The notes beneath the pieces were generated by a model. That model was not told the origin of the DNA. It saw nothing but the letters and a program-made list of their open reading frames with translations, and ran no database searches. 64,000 bases of DNA from Octopus sinensis (lineage: Eukaryota). Position numbers and translations under genes: made by a program. Location of the stretch: positions 78,182,001 to 78,246,000 of the forward strand of contig NC_043003.1 in assembly GCF_006345805.1 (NCBI RefSeq), read 5' to 3'. Shown here one piece after another: positions 41,619 through 50,979 of this stretch (the first letter of the stretch is position 1; each line of letters starts with the position of its first letter).

Positions 41619-44600
41619 TGGAAACAACTCTAGAAGAAATGAAATTTTTGGAATATCAATGAGACCATTTCTGTATGTATGTGTGTGTGTCTGGCTTGTA
41701 AAATTAGAGTACTAATATGAAACCAATAGAAAACTATTTCCAATTATAAACTCAGTCGTAAGTTACAAAGAATTTCTCAACTAATATATTATAGTGTTGA
41801 CATGCTGAGTAATAACAATCATTTTGACTAAAAAAAAACAACAAAAAATGTTTTCATTGTATTTTTGTATTGAGTACATTTTCTCTTTGCCAGCTAAAAT
41901 TCATGAATATTCTCATAAGCACACATACACATTCTCTCTTAACACTTTGTACACATCTTGATTTTAATAGCTGTATAAAACTCATACATGGATTTTAGAA
42001 ATATCAAAAAGAATTTTTAAAAAACTATAAATTAGATGATACAAATGTGTGTGTTGTAATTGTTTGATCAGCAATACCTGTTTACAAATTATTGCTTAGA
42101 ATTTAAGGGGGGAAAAATTGTCTATTTTGCTATAAATACATTGCTCTCAAAACTAATTTTAACAAGCTATGTGACCTGAAATATGATACAGCTGATAGTT
42201 GTCACTCCATATTAGTACATCATCTTTTATCTTTATTAAACCTGTAAAGCTCCTCTGTCGCATTCTGACCCAGTTAACAACTAAATGAAAGTCCTATTTT
42301 TCTTCACAAATTTGAATGTATTCTGCACTACTAACTAAGAAGGTTACCAATATTTGACAGGAATTGTATTGTTATGTACCTGGATGTGTGAATGTGTTTC
42401 TGTAGCATTTTGATTTTTGTTTTATTTCCAGTATAACCCATATCTCGGCCAGTATACACTGATTCCTCTAACTCACCACTGCATTTTATTAACTTAAATT
42501 CTGGGATTGTCTCCCCCTGCCTTTCTTGATTTTAAAGTGATAACTTCTTTTTACATAACATTCTTTGACTCATTACACGAAGTGTGTGGGAATCCACTTT
42601 ACTATATTACTAGAATAGAAAGAACAATAGTGTTCTAATTTCTAATCAGCTAGGGGTACCTTGGAAGCATAGGTGTAATAAAAAAAAATAATAAATACAT
42701 TTTAAAAAATGGCCAAGTTGCTAAGTTTTCAAGAAGCTGTTAGCTTAGCTGGCAGCATAGGGATTCTCACTTAGATCAAAGGGTAGAGTGTATCATAATT
42801 GTGTACATGCTACTATATAGCATGTGAGTAGACTTAATCTATTGCTTGGTTTAACACCACTACCTGGTACCTTTGATGCCTTTAGTGGTTTCTGGATACC
42901 TTTCTGTCTCTTTCCTACCTTGTATTGAAGGCCCTGAAACAATTCACGAGCTTTGCCTTCCATCCTGTCTAGAAGATAAAATCAAAAGAATGATGTATGG
43001 ATACTAAATACAGATGAAGTAAAAACACTGGAAAGAAATAACCCAACACTGGATGTGTAAAGTTAGCATGCATATGTGATGCAGATTTAGAGAAGCCGAA
43101 AGAAAAACTGGTTATAAAAATGGGGTTTACAAAAGAGAAAACAGCTTTGGTTTGAGTATGTAATGGTTAGGGATGATGGTAGTTGGCTGAAGAAATGGCA
43201 GGAGGTCCATGTGGACAGAAGTTGTGGAAAGCTAATTTGAGGATATTGAACCTGACAAAGGAGCACACCAAATGTTGTGTTAAAGGGAGCTGCCCAACCC
43301 ATGCAAGCATGAAAAAAGCAGACATACAAATGATGTTGTATATTGTGAGTGTGTGTAGAATATATAGCAAACGTTGACTAGAGCTATACTGCTCATGCTT
43401 CATAATTAAATAACTTGCTAAAAAGCAATATTTAGAAAGTAATAAAAGAAAAAAAATTTATTTTGTAATATTTGACTGAAAAATACATGGATTTTCACCT
43501 GGGTTTGAGTTTTCAGAGTAGACATTCTCAACTAATCAGTGACGCAAACTGAAGGTAAAAAAAGAGGCAGGCACTTAATTTTCTGGTGATTGGATTGAGA
43601 GGAAGTATGATAGGGGTTCAGACTCAGGAAAATGAATAATTGAAGTAGAGGACTCGTGATTGTGTGAAACAGAATATTTAAAGTTTACTTACATATTTCC
43701 TACATTATCACTCAAAGATCTTTTGTTTTCTTTTTTAGTAAATCATTCTGTGACAATCTACATTACTAGCAGTAGCCATGGGAATTCCATGATTATTTTG
43801 AAAACCACAAGATCGAAGTTTATAAAAAAAAAGAAACAGAATCGTATTTTCCTAAAATGATTGTATTGGGTTATTGCATAAATAATGCAGTTTTTTCAGT
43901 TGCATGAACTAAAAGTCAGAGGGGAACAGGATAAACTACCTGCATCAACTTCTTATAAAAGGAGGTAGTGATTTTACCTTGTGCTTATTCTTAGTGCAAG
44001 TTTTGAAGAGTGCAGTTCGATTTTAAGTTATAATGGATGTGACAAAAGAGCATACATGGTATTATGAGTTTAATAAAGGCAACAACACAATAGAAAATGC
44101 GAGGGATATTAATGCAGTATATGAGGATCAGACAATAAGCGTAAACCAGTGTCGACAGTGGGTCTAGAAATTTTGAGCCAGAAACTACAGCCTAGAAGAT
44201 GAGCCTCATCCTGGAAAATTCTTAGAGCTCAATAAGGACGTCTTGCAAACCCTGGTGAAACAAAACCCCATTGCAGCTGTTGAACTAGCAGAGAAGCTTA
44301 GGTTTGGTCAGTCAACCATTCATCAACACCTGTGCTAGAAGCAAAAAACGACCATCTTTGGTTTCAAGACGAAAGGTGCTCTTCCATCAGGATAATGCTT
44401 GGCTACATACAGCAAGGATGACATTCCAAAGGCTGGAGCAGCTTGAATGGGAAACTATACCCCACCCACCATATTTGCCAGACATTGCCTCATCTGATTA
44501 TCATTTATCCCGCAGTCTTCAAAATCATTTGGACGGAAAAAATATGAATTCTGTGGACAAGGTCAGAACAGTACTGGAGCAGTATTTTTTGTTATGGACA

Positions 44601-47239
44601 AGTGAATTTTGGAAGAGGGGCCTTGCAAGTCTACCAGAGAGATGGAAGATCATTGTAGAAAATGAAGTAGTATATTTTAGATTAAAAAAGAAAAGTTTAT
44701 CTTAATTTTGAAAAATAAAAGAACTATAAAAAAACTGCATTATTTATGGGATGATCCAATATTTTTGTTATGAAGCTTGATGCTTGAGATGGGTGGGGGG
44801 AAGTCCAAATAAGCAGTACTAAAGGTGCAGTTTTAGGAAAAAGAATCTAAAAATATTCTTTTTGTCCCTTCTCCCATCCTCATTGAGTGTTGTTACCAGT
44901 TAGAACCTGAATTAAAGATAATTTATCTACATTATTAATCTACTATGGTACAGCTTTATTAAAAAAGCTTAAATAAACTTTAACATACTGGGCTATCTCA
45001 TTTTTGTATCAAAGAAATTGCTTGTGGCTGGACTTGAATCCACTATCCCACTGAGCCATGGGTAAAAAAAAGACTCTTGTAAGTGTGTGTGTATAAAATC
45101 ATAATTTAAAATGTTTTTGTCAGTTTCATGAATAACATAATACAAATGTATCTATAATAGATTGTCTTCAGTTTTCTTCCATAGTTTATTAGTCAATTGT
45201 TTTCTGGATAATAGAAGTATATAGTAAATTTGTGTTGCATTTCTGTTCCATAATTAAAGCATTATATATGTAGACTGTAGCAAAATGATATACATGTTTT
45301 TAAAAATTCATTACAAGAACATCATATGTAAAATAAGGTTTTAACCTTATTTTACATATGATGTTCTTGAATTTTTAATTGATATTGTAAACACAATCAG
45401 ATCTCATTAATTCCTGTGTGTGTGTGTGTGTTTTATCAAACTGTGTCAATTTTTATTTATTACTGATAAATCTTAACCAGTAATTTGTGTTTTCTCAAAA
45501 ATCAACTCGAGTACATTAATGTTTACAGATGTCTTCAGAATTTTCATCTCACTGATTTATACAAATGTATTGTGCATGTCAACTGTTGTTGAATTGACTG
45601 TCTTCTCTTCCCTGTATTGTTGCTTGTACATATTGGTAATATACCAACTACTTAATCCTCTTGGAACCTTTTGTCCCATCTGTTCCACCCAACCTTTAAT
45701 CTCTTCCTGAACCTTATTTTGCTTCCAGTGATCCTGAATCCAACAAATGCCATATCTGGAAACTACAAGACAGCACTTAAGTTTCATTATGTTTTGTATG
45801 TTTTTATTTACAGTTCAGCATGCTATTTATTACTGGATCTATTAATATTCACCTTCAGTTTTAATTCTTTTCCATCAGTGGGCAGTTTTCCTCTGATTAA
45901 ACAGGAATACTGCAAACAAAAGTTGCTTCAGGACTTGGAAAAATATTCTTATAGTTAACTAAACTAAAATGAATTAAAATATTTTCATTAAATTATCTTT
46001 CTATATTTTAACTGTGGTTAGATTTCTATTTTAAAACTATTTAGACCCCTATAAACTATCAGCTGAAATAAAATAATATAGTTTTAAAATTGTTCCAGAC
46101 ATTTTTGTTTTCTTAACTGAAAGAAATTAACTTATTAGATTAAGAGTTTTTTATATTTTTTTTATAACTGTTTTCCCATTTCTATATAAAATACAAAAAG
46201 AACTTTTTTCCAAGCCTTCTCATGGTTAAATGCTTTATCCTTAGCATGGAATCTTCCAATCTTTTGCTTTTCTGTGTGACCACAATAACTTCTAAATTTT
46301 CACACCACCAACACTGGCTTATTCAATTTTAACACCACCTACTCAACTTTAAATAACACCTAACCTACTCTAATTTATAACTGACATTTTATGCTTTTGA
46401 GATCATGGCATTTACACATTGCACTACACAATTGATTACATATAGCAATACATAGATTAGAAAACTGCTAAACACTTGATGCTATTAATTATAACTTCCA
46501 TTGGTATCCAAATAAATTACCTCTGAGGAATGATAAAGCTGTATCATTGTTGTCTATACCCAAGTCCATCATTTAAGGCTATTTAACCTGCTTGCCACTT
46601 GTTTATCTGGTATGATTTTTCTTGGGATTGTTGAATATGAGGCTGTAACATGGTAACTTTTCTGGCCATAATTTTCTTGTCTTTGTAGTGAGCTTGGCTA
46701 CCAAATTTTTTATGACGTGTGCTTTCAAGTCTTGAATGCATGGGTGTTAGACAAAATTTAAATGTATTTATTGGCTGAAGTGCATTCATATCAAATGATA
46801 TATTTTCGTATATTTAGCTTTTGACACCTAAATTTTATAATATCTTAATATAGTTCAAGGTAAGATAAAAGATGAGTTAATATGTAAAATTAAAGTTGTA
46901 TTGTAACACTAGATATTTTAAAACCATTTAAGTACATTTTGACATTCACACACACACTCACACACACAGTATATTTCAGGAAAAAAAAATTTATTTTTCT
47001 TTTTGAAAAGTGGTTATTTGTTAATTACAAATTTGTTTAGTATCTGGACACATTGAAAAAAATGTAGAATAAGTAACTATCCAATTATGAGAATATTTCT
47101 TTTGTAGAGTGATATTGTTGTTGTTGCTGCTGTCATTATTATGAGTGTTATTCTTTCTCTTTCATCTTCTAGTGACTGTACTGTGGGTATCTGGAAAAAA
47201 CGGAATTATTTGGAAGCTCATAGAAGTTCTTGTGTTTAA
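1271..47239 (+). CDS. KIF21: KIF21A/B-like kinesin-4, 3' portion (stalk, linker, WD40 repeats); 18-exon model, 5' end outside the window
   Basis: Exons chain in consistent phase with AG/GT(GC) ends. Translation shows KIF21 hallmarks as recalled: [123 protein letters not shown]. Summed coding length is 2150 nt plus 1 upstream nt, about 716 aa. Confidence 0.95.
1585..1851 (+). mobile_element. RTE-tailed interspersed repeat
   Basis: gggcatccagctgtagaaac...ccaacccatgctagcatggaaagcagatgttaaacgatgatgat; related copies near 15320-15450, 19155-19215 (-), 56125-56400 (-) and 62878-62980. Confidence 0.75.
2459..2527 (+). CDS. KIF21: KIF21 exon ([23 protein letters not shown])
   Basis: ttttag| acceptor, |gtaagt donor; 69 nt, phase 0-0. 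Confidence 0.92.
3582..3653 (+). CDS. KIF21: KIF21 exon ([24 protein letters not shown])
   Basis: ttttaag| acceptor, |gtaaga donor; 72 nt. Confidence 0.9.
3795..3914 (+). CDS. KIF21: KIF21 exon ([15 protein letters not shown]...MHLEENK), coiled coil
   Basis: ttctag| acceptor, |gtaatt donor; 120 nt. Confidence 0.92.
4921..5022 (+). CDS. KIF21: KIF21 exon (NNDELEKLQ...[14 protein letters not shown])
   Basis: tttttag| acceptor, |gtaata donor; 102 nt. Confidence 0.92.
5479..5540. repeat. Perfect 24-bp inverted repeat, 14-nt spacer
   Basis: tactaagtttaaactaagaacaaa / tttgttcttagtttaaacttagta. Confidence 0.95.
6241..6397 (+). CDS. KIF21: KIF21 exon ([18 protein letters not shown]...FVQNDA)
   Basis: tttcag| acceptor, |gtacgt donor; 157 nt, phase 0 to 1. 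Confidence 0.92.
7190..7620 (+). mobile_element. Tc1/mariner maT (DD37D-type) transposase remnant
   Basis: [17 protein letters not shown]...[13 protein letters not shown]...[12 protein letters not shown], with the WPPNSPD segment deleted. Boundaries approximate. Confidence 0.8.
8174..8216 (+). CDS. KIF21: KIF21 exon ([14 protein letters not shown])
   Basis: ttttcag| acceptor, |gtgagt donor; 43 nt, phase 1 to 2. Confidence 0.85.
11688..11721 (+). CDS. KIF21: Candidate alternative KIF21 microexon ([12 protein letters not shown])
   Basis: ttttctaaactttctag| acceptor, perfect |gtaagt donor; 34 nt, open in phase 2 to 0, the same phase class as exon 14286-14358. Confidence 0.55.
13200..13680 (+). 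mobile_element. Penelope-like element 3' fragment (GIY-YIG endonuclease C-terminus plus hammerhead-bearing tail)
   Basis: ORF 13261-13494 has the PLE pattern I.WK....PY....RC.LC......LNSR.E....C.H..R.LL; the hammerhead follows 70 nt after the stop. Boundaries approximate. Confidence 0.8.
13564..13645 (+). ncRNA. Type I hammerhead ribozyme (Penelope-associated)
   Basis: Core CTGAAGA 13577-13583 and GAAA 13615-13618; stem II ATGTT/AACAT plus ATAAAGC/GCTTTAT; stem III ACC-cat-GGT; cleavage triplet GTA 13625-13627; stem I GGGT/ACCC plus TGGCC/GGCCA. Confidence 0.82.
14286..14358 (+). CDS. KIF21: KIF21 exon ([25 protein letters not shown])
   Basis: First AG after a 134-nt AG-free tract, |gtcagt donor; 73 nt bridges phase 2 (8216) to phase 0 (27484) and yields KKAK|ARRRT. 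Confidence 0.8.
15450..15600. repeat. AT microsatellite (ATATATAA/TA)
   Basis: Direct reading. Confidence 0.95.
15601..16813 (-). mobile_element. Near full-length decayed mariner (DD34D) with TIRs, inside a TA microsatellite
   Basis: TIRs ggtcatcccataaataatgc / gcattatttatggcatgacc; fragmented transposase ([34 protein letters not shown]). Confidence 0.9.
17850..18155 (-). mobile_element. tRNA-derived SINE (second family)
   Basis: Reverse complement starts with a tggcttagtggttaagg...ttcaattt tRNA-like head. Confidence 0.6.
19995..20370 (-). mobile_element. SINE (main family, composite)
   Basis: Shared motifs ggcaccttgggcaagtgtcttctactata and ttcagtcattagag. Confidence 0.6.
20400..20760 (-). 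mobile_element. Mariner transposase fragment
   Basis: Frame pieces such as [16 protein letters not shown]. Boundaries approximate. Confidence 0.65.
21410..21448 (+). CDS. KIF21: Candidate 39-nt cassette exon ([13 protein letters not shown] in phase 0)
   Basis: ttctaacttccatttag| acceptor with CTAAC, |gtgagt donor; frame-preserving, no stop in phase 0 or phase 2. Confidence 0.55.
25440..26720 (+). mobile_element. Full-length decayed mariner (irritans-like)
   Basis: TIRs caaggggtgttcattaaa / tttaatgaacaccctttg with TA flanks; FLQDNAPVH and [17 protein letters not shown] motifs split over several frames. Confidence 0.92.
27037..27450. repeat. Diverged tandem duplication (units about 220 and 184 bp)
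   Basis: ttaaga(a)attagtaaaa...ttcaatt recurs at 27037, 27257 and partly at 27441. Confidence 0.85.
27484..27662 (+). CDS. KIF21: KIF21 exon ([13 protein letters not shown]...DTLEKI)
   Basis: ttaacag| acceptor, |gtaagg donor; 179 nt, phase 0 to 2. Confidence 0.92.
28090..28840 (+). mobile_element. Internally deleted mariner derivative
   Basis: N-terminal transposase-like sequence ([10 protein letters not shown]..., EWFSHF) and terminal gggtacccccttgta; left end uncertain. Confidence 0.65.
28990..29260 (-). mobile_element. RTE LINE fragment
   Basis: Reverse complement resembles 36100-36490 (ctaccatgcaatatcacactc). Confidence 0.55.
29568..30207 (-). mobile_element. Young SINE, interrupted by an approximately 215-bp insertion in its TA tract
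   Basis: CpG-retaining copy (gccatgctggagcaccgcctttagtcgagc); colinear with the + copy at 60955-61385. Confidence 0.85.
30225..30620 (+). mobile_element. SINE, head-to-head with the previous copy
   Basis: gtggctatggtaagaagtttgc...ctgggttcagtccc; related to copy 10-388. Confidence 0.8.
30757..30846 (+). CDS. KIF21: KIF21 exon with GC donor ([29 protein letters not shown])
   Basis: ttctag| acceptor; AG|GCAAGT donor is the one in phase with exon 32494; 90 nt, phase 2-2. Confidence 0.82.
31003..31416 (-). mobile_element. Young SINE carrying an 18-nt copy of the adjacent exon end
   Basis: Colinear with 29568-30207 except at 31045-31062; head duplicated in tandem at 31364-31416. Confidence 0.85.
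31430..32240 (-). mobile_element. Decayed CR1/L2-type LINE ORF2 fragment
   Basis: Minus-strand remnants [51 protein letters not shown] (start of the RT domain). Confidence 0.75.
32494..32601 (+). CDS. KIF21: KIF21 exon ([26 protein letters not shown]...)
   Basis: gtatag| acceptor, |gtaagt donor; 108 nt. Confidence 0.92.
32965..33104 (+). CDS. KIF21: KIF21 exon, start of WD40 region (GTITQL...[22 protein letters not shown])
   Basis: ctcag| acceptor, |gtataa donor; 140 nt. Confidence 0.95.
34480..34666 (+). CDS. KIF21: KIF21 WD40 exon ([12 protein letters not shown]...VKVWDIRD...)
   Basis: gtctag| acceptor, |gtaagt donor; WD dipeptides. Confidence 0.95.
35375..35530 (+). CDS. KIF21: KIF21 WD40 exon (SSGFAS...[10 protein letters not shown])
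   Basis: ttttcag| acceptor, |gtaagt donor; 156 nt. Confidence 0.95.
36100..36490 (+). mobile_element. RTE LINE 3' fragment
   Basis: [16 protein letters not shown] and KRL...HVVH remnants, ending in an RTE-type tail. Confidence 0.7.
36623..36737 (+). CDS. KIF21: KIF21 WD40 exon ([17 protein letters not shown]...SGSKDHYIK)
   Basis: ttttaaag| acceptor (an in-frame TAG alternative lies 6 nt downstream), |gtaaat donor. Confidence 0.93.
36906..37076 (+). CDS. KIF21: KIF21 WD40 exon (IFEV...[14 protein letters not shown]...RCIKKWNL...)
   Basis: ttacag| acceptor, |gtatat donor; 171 nt. Confidence 0.95.
38761..38963 (+). CDS. KIF21: KIF21 WD40 exon ([13 protein letters not shown]...IFTAS)
   Basis: tctttcag| acceptor, |gtaagt donor; 203 nt, phase 0 to 2. 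Confidence 0.95.
39032..39251. mobile_element. piggyBac-like MITE
   Basis: TTAA|ccctttagcatt ... aatgctaaaggg|ttac. Confidence 0.7.
40192..40991 (+). mobile_element. Non-autonomous mariner with long TIRs
   Basis: TIRs gaggtgatttcaaaaactatc...ttcctgccaaaactaa / ttagttttggcaggaaaaa...atactttttgaatgcacctc; [12 protein letters not shown] and [13 protein letters not shown] remnants. Confidence 0.85.
41015..41240. repeat. Compound (GT)n/(AT)n microsatellite
   Basis: Direct reading. Confidence 0.95.
41391..41590. repeat. 200-bp imperfect fold-back (arms about 92 bp, 16-nt loop), MITE-like
   Basis: ataaacggagttaaacgcaggtgttattcaaatt... / ...aatttgaataacacctgtgtttaactccatttat. Confidence 0.93.
43020..43340 (+). 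mobile_element. RTE LINE 3' fragment
   Basis: Ends ccaacccatgcaagcatgaaaaaagcagacatacaaatgatg, the same tail as other RTE-tailed repeats here. Confidence 0.65.
43866..44759 (+). mobile_element. Internally deleted mariner, same family as 15601-16813
   Basis: TA TSDs at 43864-65 and 44760-61; TIRs ttgggttattgcataaataatgcag / ctgcattatttatgggatgatccaa; VLFHQDNA...[15 protein letters not shown]. Confidence 0.92.
45314..45369. repeat. Perfect 27-bp inverted repeat, 2-nt spacer
   Basis: caagaacatcatatgtaaaataaggtt tt aaccttattttacatatgatgttcttg. Confidence 0.95.
47173..47239 (+). CDS. KIF21: KIF21 terminal coding exon ([21 protein letters not shown])
   Basis: cttctag| acceptor, completes the last WD repeat, TAA at 47237-47239. 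Confidence 0.88.
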
Positions 47240-50200
47240 CTCTAATCCAGTAACATGAGAGAAATTCATTTAGGTTTGCTAATAGCTTGCTATTGCAAAT
47301 TATTTTAAAACTGTTCTGACTTGTTGCTTATGTCCAATCTTAAAACATTTTGGAAACATTGTTTTCAATTAAAAAAAAATGTTCTGTTTTATTTTAATTT
47401 TATTTTTTTTATTCCATTGTTAATTTTTTGTTTTTAGAGTCTAGTTATAAAATAAAGTCATAATTTTTTTTATCTTGTATTCCCCAACGTTTTTAAGTGT
47501 GGAAGCTACCATTGTGAATATTTCATTGTGAACGTGTGTATCTGAGATACTTAAAAATACCTGAATATCTTTAAAATTCCATTCTTTCTGGACCAAAAAG
47601 TTGTTTTTTTTCATTCTGTACAAAACAAAATAAGAGGAAATAATTGAATGAATAATAATTTGGGTTTTTTTTTTTTAATTTTTAAAAGAAGGCCAATTTT
47701 AATGAAACAGATGTATTAACTTTCGATTAGTTAAAATATGTTTATGGCAGATTTCAAATTATAAATCAAATTCACTGTAGTTACTGTGGAGAAACAATTC
47801 TCTCTTTTGGTAGATGTGGTAAAAACACTATATCTGCCCAATGTTTCCCCCTTATCACATTCCCAAACAGCTGTTTCTTGCTCTTTAGCTTTCACCAATG
47901 GGAAATACCAAAGAGAGACAGCCCTGGGCAGATTCAAAGTCATAGTAGCTTTAACTCAACATGTGACTGAGTTGGACCATTTAACCACCTAATCAGGATA
48001 AATATAACATCATGTTTGTGATATATTTTAACTTCTAAAGTAAAATTCACTGCAGTTACTGTGGAGAAAAAATTCTCTCTTATGGTAAAAGATGTAAAAA
48101 CTCCATATCTACCAAGTACTAAAACTCTAGTGGATTCTCAGTCATTTCTGTTTTTTTATATATATTTTAATTGTCAAGTTAAGAATATGTTAAAGTTGAT
48201 GCAAACTTACTCAAAGTAGTAACTGATTTTAATTAAATATTTACCCTTAGTGGGGTGGGGGTAATGTAGCTGGAAGTGAATATAGTACTTAATTTCTGAA
48301 ACTTTACACTTGATTATTTTTGTCTCTTAACTTGGTATTCTTGATTATTAAATTAGGGCAAATAGTTGATTTACTTTTAAATTTTTTTCCTTCAATAAAG
48401 GGTTTTATCAGGTAATTCCAAATTAAAAACTGGGATCTGTCATAAAATAGTTAAACTGACAGCATTTGTCATAACTTTGGGTCATAAACATTATTATAAA
48501 GATTTCAGTAGCTTATTTTGTATTGAATATTTCCTAAATAATTTTTTTAAATCATTATTATATAGTCTATTTTCAAAATTTATTATGTAAGTGCCGCTAA
48601 TGTATATCTGGTCTTCAGTTTTTGAACTTTCTTCTTTTTATACATTTAGGTATTGATGACGTCTTAGTAGAAAGTTAGGTTAATGATGTCTTTTATAACT
48701 GTTCACATCATATTTGTGAAGTTTATTATTGTGTAATCTTAAAACTGTAATCAGTTTAAAGCTTAACTTGAAAGTTCTGTGGTAAATATTACATATATGA
48801 CAATGTGGTTTTAGGTTCAATCTCATTATGCAGTATTTTAGGCATAGGTCTTCTACTACAGCTACAACTTGACTAAGTTCTGCCCTTGTTGTAAACATTA
48901 TTTGGTCGCTTTCACCATTGAATATAAATGAAATTGTGATTGGTCCATTGGAGACCTTTTAACCAATGATGCTATTGTTCACAAATTGCAATATTAATTC
49001 AATATGCCAGTGCTAATTTTGTCTTCATTTCATATGAAATTTGCTGAAATTATGGAATTTTAAGTAATTCCTCTGTGAATCTGACAACAATGTAAAAGAA
49101 ATGTTACTTGTTTCAGTTATTGGATTACAGTTCTGCTGGAGCACTACCTTGAAGGGTTTTAGTTGAATAAATCAGCCCTAGCACTTTTTTATTTTTATTT
49201 TTTTCTTAAGTTTAGTACTTATTCTAGCAGTCTCTGTCGCCTAACTGCCAAGTTACAGGGACATAAACAAACCAACACTGGTTTTCAGGTAGTGGTAGAG
49301 GGGAGACACACACACACACATGCACGCTTGTTTGTGTATGATGGGTTTCCACATGGTTTCCATCTAAATCCACTCGCCATGTGGTTGAAAAGCAGACTTC
49401 TTACAACTCAACCACACTTTGTGTATTAAATTAAATGAAATATTCAGTTAAATATTCAAAACACATATTTACACATCATCTCACACTGGACAGAACATGT
49501 CAAATGGCTCCAGATATAAAATGTTTCATTGAAGGTGGTTAATTCATACCTTATTTGGTAAATATTATTCATTTCATAATTTGTTTCCCTAAACTAAAAT
49601 GGCTGGTTACTTAAAGTAAACTGTTTGTTTACATGTAATTATCGTTAGTAGTCATAACTGGGTTTTTTTGTTTTGTTTTTTTGTTTTTTAGTAGTTTGGT
49701 CTAGTGGAAAGGGTTGTGTCCATTGTCTTCACAGACCTCTGAGACCGGTGATATCAGCATGTTGTTAGTTAAGTTACAGAAAAAAAAAAAAAAACGTAGA
49801 GGCAGGGAAGGAATTCCAAAGAATTTTAGTTCTTCAGGCAGTGAAGAACTGAAAAAGTGGTCTGTACAGGATATCCTATGGGTACAAGTCAATCTAAGGG
49901 ACCTGACTGGAGATGGCACTGGATCAGCCAACTCCAAGGAGCAGAGACCACTCTTGTAACTTCAGAAAAAAGCAGGCGATGACATTCTGTTGGTTGTAAA
50001 CTGTTAATGTTAACTTCAATATCAGAGGTTTAGATTTGACAAATTTGTCTGAAATGGGACCAAATAGTTTTGTTTATTTTCATCTTTGAAGGGTTTCCCC
50101 CTACAAATATATTTCCAGTGGATTTATTTATTTCCTTTATCAAAACGATTACTGGGAAATTTGGGGGTATTTATGTATCTTTTTTTTAATTTTTTTTTTG

Positions 50201-50979
50201 CTTTTTTTTTTTGTTTTAAATCTAAATGCAATGACATTTTCTACAAAGATTTTGCAAATAAATCTTAAATTTCTTTCGAAATCTTATAATAAATAAAATG
50301 TATTGGTAATGTTGTTCAGGCTGTAATTTAAAATAAGAGATTTCTGTGTGTATGTATGTATGTATGTATGTGTATATATATATGTATATATATATATAAA
50401 CTACTGTTTCTTCTTTGATTTTTTAAAAATTCTCTGAAAAATCATGAATGTCATTTGATTTATAAATATCAGATAAGTTAATCTCCTTGTCTCTATGTAG
50501 TTTGTAATCTCACAAATATTACTAACCTTCTAATTGGGTTATTTAACAAGCTAACTAGTAAATATCATCAAAACAACAGAAGAAAGAAAAAGTATTTTCA
50601 TACATGAAGCATTGTAATATTTTCTTTAATTTTTTTTTTTTGTGTGTATTGTATTTTCTATTTTTGTTTTTTTATGATTGCTATGATTTTCATTATTTTC
50701 CAAAAAAAATTATCTGCTGATTTCAGGATGGTTTTAAATTTGTGTGCTTCCAATGGGTTATATCCTTGCCATATATCTATGATCAGAAGATCTGTTTACT
50801 GTGATCACTATCTCTATTTATCTCACTCTTCATCTTTCTGTCTTTAACGTACCTCTTCTTTCTTATCTCGTATGAATGAAAATGGTTTGAAAGGAGAGAA
50901 ATAGTAATGGTATTTCCTTGTCATTGATAATCACAGTGAACTATTTCTGATTATCAATTTGCATATTAAATGTTATCTA

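Noticed and set aside
47228-47239. CaaX prenylation motif at the KIF21 C-terminus
   Set aside because: The Cys is at position -2 from the end (SSCV), not -4.
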